DNA of 64,000 nucleotides from Iphione sp. A-MEVVRFRX5 (lineage: Eukaryota): positions 62,124,001-62,188,000 of the forward strand of contig OZ320313.1 of NCBI GenBank assembly GCA_976226885.1, read 5' to 3'. Below, piece after piece: positions 14,101-26,100 of this stretch. A program made the position numbers and the translations under genes. Numbering within the stretch: position 1 is the first letter of the stretch; each line of letters begins with the position of its first letter. A model generated the notes under the pieces. The model was not told where the DNA came from, searched no databases, and saw only the letters and a program-made list of their open reading frames with translations.

Positions 14101-17100
14101 ATGAAAAATATTTGACCTATCTATAGTTTTGACCATCACAAGGAATTGCAATGAGAGTTAATTATATTTAACCGCCATAGCACAGTTATCATGCGTATTA
14201 CTAGTCTGAGCAAGGAGTGATCTAAGGGGAGGATCTAGCCCTCACCTCAAACATTTTGGATCTGCCACTGCTCTGTGTGGAGCTCGCATTTTAAACTACC
14301 TCTTTATTCCTCTATGTTCAAGTTCAATTTCATGTTCCAGTATCTGTTTATTGTGATAAACCTCATTACCAGAGGTCACCCATGACAGCACTTAGGTGCT
14401 ACCCCCATGTATGTCAGATATCTGGACGCAGACCTTTAAAGATATTAACATATTGTTAGGCGGAGAAGTTACTCTGCACAGAGTTTGGTTCCGGTTTTCA
14501 GAGTATGTTCTCAGCTCATGTTGGTCTGTCTCAGTTCATATCAGTCTCCAGAGTTTCTTGAGGTTATGTTCCTATTACCGAAGCTTTGTGAAGAACTTGG
14601 CAGCATTGTTAGCCCTGCTGAACACATTGTTGCAGAAAGAGGCAGAGTTCCACTGGAATGGAAAGTGCAAAGAGGCATTCAATAGCTTAAAGACATGGTT
14701 GATGATGGTGCCTATGTTGAGTTACCCCTGGCCAGAAGGGCAACTACACTTGGACACGGATGCAATAGCAGGCATAATTGCTGCCATATTGTCCCAAGAC
14801 TAGGACGGCAAGGAGGGAGTTCTTGCTTATGCCAGCCAGACTGTCACCAAAGTGGAACACAACTACTGCATGTCTAGGAAAGAGCTGTTGGCTGTCGTAT
14901 TTGGACTGAGGAAGTTCTGCCCATATCTGGGAGCTCAGCATGTTATTATCTGGACTAATCACAATTCCCTTAAGTGGCTCTGCCACTTTAAGGAACTGGA
15001 GACCCAGCTGGCATGGTGGCTTGAAGAGATATATGCCTACAACCTCACCATCAACCATCAACTAAACAGCGTTCACAGGATCTTGGATGCAGTGTATGCA
15101 ATGAGGCTGAAGGGAAGAGAGCCAAGCTGAAGCACAGAATAACTCTGTGTGGGTGTAACAAGGCAGAAAAAGACTCTTGCAGACAGTGCAGTGGGAAGAA
15201 AGGATGGTGGGTGCTTTGCTGGAGGCCCTGGAGTTAGAGGAAGGACTAGCCAATGTCCTTTCCCCTAGAGACTGTGAAGAGTGCTGGCTCTACAGTGAGA
15301 GAGAACAACTAGCCTTGAAAGAGGGAGTGTTGTGCCACATGGGAATGGGAAGACAGAAGCATTCTGATGCAGGCGTACATCCCCAAGACCCTGTAGCATG
15401 AAACATAGAAGCAGGTGCATGCAGGCCCTCTTGGAGGTCATTTGGGGACCAAGAGGATGCAGGGAGCAATCTATCTCAAATATTTTTGGCTGCAGCTGAG
15501 TAAGAATGTGGAGGTGTTGAGAAAGTGCTGCGTGATGTGCCAGAAGACTAAGGACCCCCCCCCCCAGCTAAACATCAGAGGCCACTCGTGTTGAATTCAG
15601 TGGCAGGACCTTAGGTGTTTGTAGCAGTGGATGTATGTGGACCATTTTCTAAGACACCAGGAGGCAATCGGTTCATTATTGTAGTAGCAGACCATTTCAC
15701 CAAGTGAGTTGAAGCCTTGGAAACCCTAGACATCATGGCCGAGACCAGAACTTTAAGGCTGCAGTCTTAAAGAACTTCTGCATTCCATTGGAGTGGACAA
15801 GTTGCGGACCACCCCATATCTCCCACAGATTGACAGGGTGGTTGAAAGGTTTAACCAGACACTGGGAAAGATGTTTGCAGCCTTAGTGAATTTAACTTGG
15901 ATGAACAATTCCCTTTCATGACAGCTGCATACCAGGTCACTTCTCATCCAGGAATTGGTTTTACCCCAATTGGCTGATACTGCAATGGGAGACTACCTTG
16001 CCATCAGAGTTGGCAGAGATTTTTGAAGTGCCCCCAGACCAGAGCCCTTTGCAGAGTGAATTTCTATCTGTGGTATCAGAGAAAAGGAAGTGGAGGCCCA
16101 CTGGTTGGCCTGGGAACGGTTGCAGTGCAACACAATTAGGCAGAAGGATTACTACAACAAGCACGTGTGCGAGCAGACCTATCAACCAGGAGCACAGGTG
16201 TGGTTACTTTCCTTATTAAAGAAGAATGGGTGTTCCCCCGAGTTGGAAAAGGTTTGGCAAGGCCCATGTACCATACACAACCAACTAGATGTATCAGAAG
16301 TAATCTCCCAGATCAAGAATGGGACCAGACGGCATGTGGTACACACAGATTTCCTGAAGCCAGCAGTAGACCCCCTGCATGATAACGTCATAGAGGTGCC
16401 ATGTGTCCTACGTGGGATGAGTGGGGACAAGGCAAAAGGAGCTGAGCAGAAGAGAGCGACAACATGCTGTGTGTCAAGGGAGGGGCGACAACCAGTCCAA
16501 CAGGAGAGCAGGAGGGGCAGAGGGACCCTGGCTCTACCCCTGACAACCTCTGATTCCGGGTAGTAATGTTAAGCCCAGATCTCAAGAAGGACCTCTACCA
16601 GCACCTCGCTAGTACAGACACTGGGGCGAGACAATGGCCAGCCTGGTATGGCCCCTGCCCAGACAGTGGAAGCCCCATAACCCAATGGAAGGGGCATGGG
16701 CAAAGCTTCTAGCCCCATTATTGAAGAAAGCATTCCTTGCAGGAGTTTTAGCTAGATAGGAAGGAGGAAGAGGAGGAGACTACTGGTTTGGGCATTTCAT
16801 GTAGAAGGTCCAGGATGTCCACTGGAAAATGAAGAAGTGACTAGGAGAGATGACCATGGCTGATGTCTTTGCTGAACTCAGACAGCTAAATCAGGAGCTG
16901 TTTCAGTGACTGCGGAGCAGAAGTTGGCATTCCCTGCCTGTTGTGCAGAGACTCAATGTGGAGTATTAGGTTTTCTATCTTCTTTATCCACTATCATTTC
17001 AATAAGGTGTATCTGTTATAATGACATGATAAGATATTGTGAAATGTATATTAACTGTTCCAAAGTAGGCATAAAAATGTTAATCGATACAGTGTAAGGA

Positions 17101-20100
17101 CTTTGAGTTTATGAAAAATGCTCCATGAGGCTGTTTTTTTGTTATGTTATGGCTCAAGTATTGTCATATTCATAAAAGTATATCATTACTCGGGATGAAA
17201 TGTACTATTGTAAGTATATGTTTTGATTAAAATCTTTGAATATGAAAAAAACAATGAGTGAAGAACTGGGTGGACAACTTTCGCTGCGCGGGGAAGTCCA
17301 GGATGGCAGAGACTCTGGAAGAATGAATTCATGGTTACCCAGGGTGGAGGTGGTGATGGGAGGTCAAGATTATCTGCATGCAGCACTGAGCTACCATTAC
17401 TGTGGGGAAATGAAAGACTGCAAGCCAGGAGATTTGAACTAACCAATCAGCATTTGGCTGAGACACGATATGGCCTATATAATGGAACTGTCGCGTGGGG
17501 TTCAGACCTAAGTCAGTCAGAGAACATGGTACAAAGACAAGCTTCATCAACATGCATTGGCAGATTATCCTATGGGCAGACCAGTGTTCTCCAAGTAAGA
17601 GACAGAGCTGAGGACACAGTGAACTTCATCTGTTCACCGCCATTGTCAACAAGATGTGCCAAGTCCTGGCAGACGACCTTCATTTTGGTGGAGAATGACC
17701 ATCATGCAGGGACCGTCTTCCTTGTGTGGGGATTGTCTTCCTGGCCGGGAACCTCTGTGTTTTGGAGATTGTGGGTATGGTGGAGACGGCAGCATGCCTG
17801 ATTGTGAATTCTACTGTAGCGACTACAGGGTGAAATTTAAAAGGGAGGTCACTCTGGTGACCATTTCTGTGTGCACAAGGAGGCAGGCTTCAGTGGGCGA
17901 TGCCCAGTGGCAAGATATCAAGGGAAAATGTTCAAGCACTGCGACGATTTCAGACGCCACTTACAGAGAATTGACAAAGACTATCTACTCGACTATTTGG
18001 CACTAGGGCAGTCAGTGGACATGGAATATCTTATTCGTCAGGGTCCGGGCCAGTCACCAGCACCCCGGCTGAGGTCCATGCGTCCTTGCAAAAGGAGTAC
18101 CGAAGATTAGAGGAGCTTGAGGCCTTCAAAAGACAAAAGGAAGCTGCCATCATGAGGGGGAAATAGCCACCATGAAAGAAGTCCAAGGCTGCTGTTTCCA
18201 AATCCTAAGAAGACTCTGATAATGAAAAATCTGCACTGCCTCGAAACCAGAGGCTGTGACCAGCCCAGAAGTGCAAGTTCAGTTGTGGGGGCTGGACACT
18301 GAGAGCCTGCCAGAGACACCAGCCCTAACCCCTCAGTTGGCCAAAGTGGCACGGCTGAGCAAGAGACTGCACCTAGGGCAGTCTGGCACACTCAAGACTG
18401 AGAGAGTCTGACTGGTTTCTCTGTGGCAACAGTCATCCCTGGGTGGGGGCGGACCCTGCCATCTTCTAAGGTGCCTCAAAGGCGAGGCCTTGGGGCCTCT
18501 TTCTGGTCACACACGTGTACACTCCCCACCCCTGACAAGGAGTAGATGTCCCCACACCCCTTCTATGCTGGCATCCTCGTCGTCGGGGTATAGAGGGGCT
18601 GTGCAAGATCTGGATTGGCAGCTGATGGATCTCAGGTAACACCTGCATGAAGAAGAGAGGAACCGGCGGCCGAGGTTCCGGGCCATGAGAGAAGAGACCA
18701 GTAGGAGGGTGGTCCTCCTCCACTTGGCAGCGGCTGCCTTTTTCTTCCTGCTTGGAGGAGTGTACATGTATGTGATAGTAGCATGGAGGCACCCCCGTCC
18801 AGTGACGCAGTGCATATTGTTTTTATGTGGTTAGAGTAATGTGGAGCCCTCGTCCAGTACAGGTACCAGGTTTCTGTGGTGCGTGGTAGTGATAGTGCTT
18901 GGGATGTACTTACCAGTAGCTCTAAGACCAAACAGTGTTTTCGAGGGGGGTACTGTTAGGCAGAGAAGGTGCTCCACACAGAGTTTGGTTCTACAGTGCT
19001 TTTTACTCTGCTGTCTTATTATTTTATGTAGATATAAGGGGGCATGCAGAGTATGTTCTCAGTTCATTTCAGTCTGTTGAATAAACCATATCTGTTCATA
19101 TCCAGACGCTTTATTAGTTCATTATGCTACGTTTTGGTCACAACAATATGTAAAACAGTGTGTATACCCCACATACATGGGGATAAAGACCCAGCACCTG
19201 TGATGGGTGGATGCGGACAGCCTGGAATTCAACCCCTGACATGGGTGTTTTACCCATGCATATAGGGATAGGGCCTTATTTTTATGTTACTTAGCTGAAC
19301 GTTTATTGATAAATCATTTGTATGTGGGCTACTGTGTCTGTGACTGTTCCCCACATTTTAGTGGATTCTTTTAAAGATAAGTTGATAGAAAGTGGCCTCA
19401 GGCCAAGAAAATATCTACCAGGAGCCAACTTTGTTATAAGGAACTTCGTCCTCAGAATACATACACTCATTTCACGCCATGTTCAAACTTGTTGCAAGAT
19501 ATCTCTTTTTCTGCCTGCTATTCCATGACCTGATGTCTGCTCTCGGCCCCTCTGCCTCTATTTGTATGTAACTGCTATAGTGTAATTTAGTGATTGTGTG
19601 ATTTAGTGATGGAGGAATTTGATGATGGCGTGATTCGGTGATAGCATCGGTTAGAATACTCATGGTGCAATTTCAACAGCATAGCCCTTAAGCGCTATCC
19701 CCATAGATGCGAACCTTATGGACCCGCCACTCTGTGCGTGAAAGGCGGGATGACCGGACCAAGCAGTTAACATAGAACAATACCCATGTGCGCGGACAAC
19801 CCGGACCCGCCACTCTGTGCGTGCGGGATGATCGGGTTTGGTCCGGGAATCCCGCACCACGCCACTCTGTGCGGGCTGGGATTACACAGGGGGGGACAGC
19901 TATTTTGGTGAAGCGTTATCAGTTGTTTAATTCCTGGTGAAACGTTATGGACCTGCTAACGTTTTTCGTTATGAAGACAATGCGTATAATTCGCGCACAT
20001 GGGGATAGACCCCGCCACCTGTTGCGTGACAGTCCGGGAATTCCGCACCACGCCACTTTGTGCGTGCGGATAATTCGTGTCTATGGGGATAGCTCTTTAG

Positions 20101-23100
20101 ATGGCCTGATGTGACCAGAACCCCTTGAGTATCCCACCTTTGTCTGTCTTGAGAGTTCCTCTCTATTCAAGAACAATGAGCTATTTCCTTGTTGCTGGAG
20201 GATTGTGGACTTATAAATTATGGTGATGTAAAACTATGTCGTATTTGTTATTTTCATCTATAGATATGGAGTAATTCTAGTCGGCTTAGCTTCCGAAAAG
20301 TCTCCCCCATAGGAGATATCGACGTTCGTTTTTTCAAGGGTGACCATGGAGACGGAAATCCCTTCGATGGTCCACTGAAGGTTCTCGCACACGCATTCTA
20401 TCCGTTCGCCGGTGGCGATGCACATTTTGATGACGACGAGACGTGGACTGCCAATACACATTTAGGTACCGCATACTTTATGAAGAAGAGTTTCAGTACC
20501 TTGATGACACATGAAATAGATATCATTCTCTCTATATATATTAATTTGCATATTAAGTAAACCAGGATCCGGGTGAATAATTCAGGTTAGAATAAGCACG
20601 CATGGAAACCGGCCCTCACTATGAAGTCCAACTAATAGAGAGGGTATGTGAAGGTTTTACCGTCATGCTTGTAGGTCGTATGTAAGCGGAGTGGAGTGGA
20701 GGGAAAGGGAGGTACATTTGCAATTGGGATGGATAGGTCACTTTTTCTTATATTTTGCATGGTAAAACGAAAACAATCCATTAGAAGAGAGTATTGAGAT
20801 TATAATAATTATTCAATGCTCAGTTACTATAAATCAGAGAGAAAATTATTCCGTTTTCTATTGTTGATTGACGTGTTGGCATGTGGATCGAAGTCCTCTG
20901 TGGGTGGGTAGCGAGTCGGCGGACCGGCCGACTAATGAATTGCTGCAGTTATTTGAATTTGTCTATCCTTCGTTTCCCTTGTTGTCCTATTTTGCAGGAG
21001 TCAACTTGCTCCAAATTGCGGCACACGAACTGGGTCATTCACTCGGCCTGGGCCATACCCCACTGCCAGACGCCCTGATGTATGCCTATTACAAGGGTTA
21101 CTCCCCAAACTTGAGGCTGGCACCTGATGATATCAATGGCATTCAGTATATTTACGGTGTGTCCACCTAATTCTTTCTAGGAAAATACATTGAATTGCTA
21201 AAAACTGGGGATGTTGTTAATGGCTCCTCAAGTTCAACAGAAAGTACAATTAGATGGGCTGGCCCAGTGGCTCGTTTCTGATCTCATCGGAACATAATTG
21301 AAGAGTATCAGAAGAAAATAAATGATGTACATAACTCTTAAAGATGACCATTTATCTCATATGATGTTTTATGTAAAGTAGAACATAATACAAGTTAAGA
21401 CCATGCTTGCGTATTGAGGCAATAATTAAATGCATTAAGTGCAATTAACCCTACTGACAAGTATATTTACGTCGGTCATTTTCTGCTTGACCTGTGTGTG
21501 ATCGATAGTATGAGCACACAATAGCCTCTTCAACTGAACCTTCCTGGATTAACTCACCGTCCCCTGTACCTGTTTGTTTTTCCTTTTAACAACAGGGGCC
21601 CCGCCAGCGCCGCCACGGCCACTACCTCAACCCACCGCTCGGCCTACGCCACAGCCTACACAGCGTCCACAACCTCCACAGCCGACCCCTCCGCCAACTC
21701 CTATCCCACCCTTCTGCAACAATAGACTTACGTTTGATGCCATCTTCAGCATCAACCGACGAGCATTTGCTATAGCAGGTTCAAAGCAACGCCTTATCAA
21801 ACTTACATAGCTGATTCACCTTATGGCAAGAACGATAAGACCGACAAAGAATATCATATCCAGTTATGAAACACTTAATAATTATGATATTGAAAAATCA
21901 CTATGAAGACAAAGATACTAATACTTTACTCAAAAAGCAGGGAAATAATTAAGAAACCTGTTTTACTTTGAATGATCCTTAACCTGGGAATATTCTCTAT
22001 CTGCAGGAAGCAGTGTGTTTGAGCTAAGCCCCCAGGGAGTTCTGAATGGATATCCAAAAAGTCTTACCGACGTCTTCGGTGTTTCTATCAGGCGGGTAGA
22101 TGCAGCATTAGTGAGACGAGAGGACAACCGAGAGGTTTTATATCTCTTCGAGGTGAGCAATTCTTCTCGTTATAACCAATTTCATACAGGTTTCTGTTTT
22201 TTATTATTGTTAATAATGAGGACAATGACACAGAATCATATTTGGGCCAGTAACATTGACAGCCACTTTATTACATTCATATACACAAACAACCAAAAAA
22301 CAGAAGCAATTTCTTTCATGGCAGCAGAGGCACCAGTCCACTCTCACACAGCTTATATATGTGAGGGTATTAATCTATCTTTTCAGACATATAAATGCAG
22401 CAGCGACATGTACTTTACATTGACGTTGATGTTGGCTGGTTGCAGTATTGAAAACTGTGGGGCCTCGATGGTTAGTCAGTCCAATTCTGAAGTTGTGGAC
22501 AGTGTGTGACAAGTTCACTTGGTGTGACTCACTCACCCCCTCTCACAAGGGTTATGGTGGTCTGGGATAAGCACCGCTGTGCTGCCACATAGGTGGTCAA
22601 CAAGGATGTCTGGCTTGATCTAAACTTGTGCCCAACCACAAATAAGCTGTCATCAGGGCCCCTAATGGAACTATATTTAGCGTCAGGCTGGGGGTTAACG
22701 ATGGCAGTAGACCCTGATGTGGCTCTGCAGATATGATGATGATTGACAGATACCTGTGAGTATAGGGTGAGTGGATGCTCAACCAAGCATGAAGTGCAGA
22801 TGAGGATGGTCTCCCAACGATTCAACTCTGTCCTTTGACACCCCCACCAACAAGGTTACAGTGGCTCAGTGACCACTAGTGCACAAACAGTTGAACCAGG
22901 CATGGCAGGTAGCCAGGGCAGTTAACTGCCATGCCATTCACCCCCTGCCAACAGGGTTATGGTGGTTTGGGAAGGCCACTGGTGGTCTGGTACACAAAGT
23001 GACAATGAATGAGTTCTTCAGTAAACTAAGGCCCTCATCCAGTATCTGAGAACAGGCACCATAAAGGGTTACAGGCTGGTCAAACCAACAGCCCTGCCTT

Positions 23101-26100
23101 TTACATGCCACACTGTGGAAGAGTTCTGCTCACCCTCTATGACGGGCACTTACCTCTCACAGCATGTCCTCTCAGCTCCACACTGAAGACTGTCCTGTGT
23201 ACTCTATATGCCCTTGCATTTCTCACTAGATTTCATGTTGTGATATCACACCAAACAATTTCAACATTTCACAATTTAAAGTGATTATTTAGATGAGAGT
23301 TACTTTATATATGTACAAAACCAGGCACTCCATAAATTAACTGCCATTATACATCGACTGACTGCATTATGTTAATGATTCTTAAATGATGACATGTTAG
23401 GAAGTATAGAGTGCATTTATAGCAATATAAATTTGATATCATGAAGAACTGGTTTACGGACATATTTATTCATAGTGCTGTACACTGCATTATATTTAAA
23501 ACAAAATTAATAGGTTAATTGTAATGAAAAGTCCAGACCTTATAACTGTGCATTATGATTCAGAGTGTGATGAATGGTACCTCTGAGTTATGACTAAATG
23601 TCATGTTATTGTCCCATGCCCATAAAAAGGGGGGACCATAGGAATGCTGCTGGCTGATTGTCTGACCTTTCATTACACTCTTGTGGGCCTTATAACTCTC
23701 AAACCCTGCAGTCTACTCAACTGATTTTGATATATGATACTTATGTGCATGGACCCATGGCACTGGCTAATTTTGGTAGTAATATATAAGTATTCTAAAG
23801 CTGAAATTGTGCCAATGTATTCTTTTCTAAAACTCCCACAAGCATACATACTTGGATTATGGATTTCTAGGTCTGAAAATGTACTCACGTACAAGCATAA
23901 ACACTGACCAATATTCCCCTTCTACCAGCACCACCTTGTGGTAATCTGATATGATTTAAAGTCGTTCAAATAAAACGAGGTGCCAATCAAGGTGGATGTT
24001 GAGAGAGAGCCACCCCCCCCCCACACACACACACACACATCCACCCCCCCCCCCCCAACTGAGTGATTAGTGGTTGTGCCAGGACCGTCAAGTTTACCCC
24101 AAACAAAAACAAGGTACCTATCAAGGTAGTTGTGTACACACACATCCCACAACCACACTCACCCCACTCACCAGCCATGAGAGCCTTGAAATGGGCAGTT
24201 AATGGTGGGGGATAATAGACCTTGCAGGTCCACACTCTTGCTCTCATCATTTTGCATGTTTTCCAGAAACTCGTGGTACCTAATTGGTGTTGATGAGGTC
24301 CAGACATATAAAGTCAAAATTATGCTCATATTGCCTTTCTGAGTGTAATTGGTAATTGTTATGGCAGTGATAAGAATTCTTTTTCTGAGATTGCATTAGT
24401 AATGCTTCTTCATTGTTAAGGGCCTGCTGGGAATGTAAGGCACTGTCCCCATGTACATGAACTATCCGGACCTGTACCTGTTTGTGTGTACAGCAGGGAT
24501 ACCGTACGAAGTAACCCCATGTAAGTGGGCCACCCAGACATGTCACCTGACGCATACGGACCAAGCGGCATTCATCTGGTCCACCTGGCCCCTCCACCTT
24601 GTGTGTGCTGGGAAAAGACATTTAACATGTGACCAACTGTGGGAAAAGCTGTATCTAATGTAGTAAAGTAAATATGTAAAATATTAGACGTTCAATATTA
24701 TATTAGAGGTCTTAAAAATGAAGGAAATCAAAATCTAGTAATGAAAAGCTCTTTTTGCTAATTTCTCCTAAAGAATATGTTGCAAAAATTCGTTTTTGTA
24801 AACTTTTATTCCTTATCAAGTAATTTTGAGTCATGTGATCAGATATATGTAGATGAGCTAATTTACATAAATACATATATTAGGTTACCATGGTGACAAA
24901 ATTTGAGGATTATTTTAAATGTCTATATAATGCAGGAATATTAAAAAATGTCCTATCAAGAATTGAAATCCCTTCAAAAGTATCTTTTCTAGAACTGATT
25001 CTGTGTAATTTTAAAGAGTTAAAATATGTTTTAGGTGTACTTGCCGTATGTAAAACAACAAAAAAACAGTGTTTATAACCCACATACATTGGAGTATGCC
25101 CTGCCACTGGTGGCGGTGAGGGCCGGACAGCGCGGACCACACCACCGGTGGCCAACATATAGTTCGCGTACATGGGGATAGTGCCTAAGAGGTGCAAGTA
25201 TCTAATGGGTTCTCTGTATTTTCTTACAGAGGATCACCAGGAAAATATTGCTTTATTCGAAGTAGTACACACACTGAAACATTCCAACTTTTTACTGAAT
25301 TCTTTTGAATGGTAATTGTAGGATAACAGTGTGTGGAAGTTCACCGCCAGCCTGAGATTTTTATGGGCGAACGCTTTGTCCATAAATTCCGTCTTTCAAG
25401 GATTACCTGGTAATATCGATGCCGCATTCTACTTCGCACGCTTTGGGGCAATCTACTTCTTCAAAGGTAACATTGTCAGGTATTGAAATCCGTAATGCAC
25501 CAGCAATATGTGACGGAAGTAACCGTTCTGTAGCGATGCAGTCGAAATGCTGATTCCTTCACGGTTATTTTGCAAAATGTAGGTAAATTGTTGAGCGAGA
25601 ATGCAATAAACCAAGAGACTTTGGCGTCCTTTGTAACATATCCGAATTCAACTGGAAGGGAAACTAGAGATATTCGAAAATCGTAAAGATCAAAGGATGC
25701 AGTGAAAAAGAGGATTACACAGGACAATGTCATGCTAATGGGAAAGGTCAAAAGGAATAATGAAAGTTAAGAGTGTCAGTTGGTTTTCCGTATGAAATCT
25801 AAATCAAGTTTAGCATCAATGATATGCTGAAGATATTGTTGGTGAGCATCCAAGGGAAACGCCTTTGCCTTTTTATATGTGTGTGAGAAAAATCAGGAAT
25901 CCTCCCATTAAGGCGGTGTTCACATGTATTATGATTTTTCCGTTCTGCACCCGGAGACGTATAATTGTCAAGGCCATTCTTATCCGTTGTTGCATTTACA
26001 TATAAGCGGAATTTTACATATCTGCATGTTGGTGTGGAGGTCAAACCATCACGGATGGGTTTGGTCCGGACACGTATGCAGATTCCATAGGAAGCAATGT

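Larger units (their letters stand above)
14454..19145 (+). mobile_element. Decayed Ty3/Gypsy LTR retrotransposon in an MMP intron, internally deleted
   Basis: Begins TGTTAGGCGGAGAAG (14454); the 3' LTR begins TGTTAGGCAGAGAAG (18954) and ends ACAACA (19145). ATAT on both flanks (14450-53, 19146-49) is a 4-bp TSD. PPT GAGGGGGG at 18943-50. pol order is RT/RNaseH then integrase. Confidence 0.9.

Noticed and set aside
18507-18815. Minus-strand ORF ending LVRGGECTRV as a second, opposite LTR element
   Set aside because: No matching LTR pair, TSD or pol on that strand.
18840-18953. TGTGGAGC at 18840 and 14276 as LTR starts
   Set aside because: The TGTTAGGC starts at 14454 and 18954 are supported by the PPT, extended homology and the ATAT TSD.
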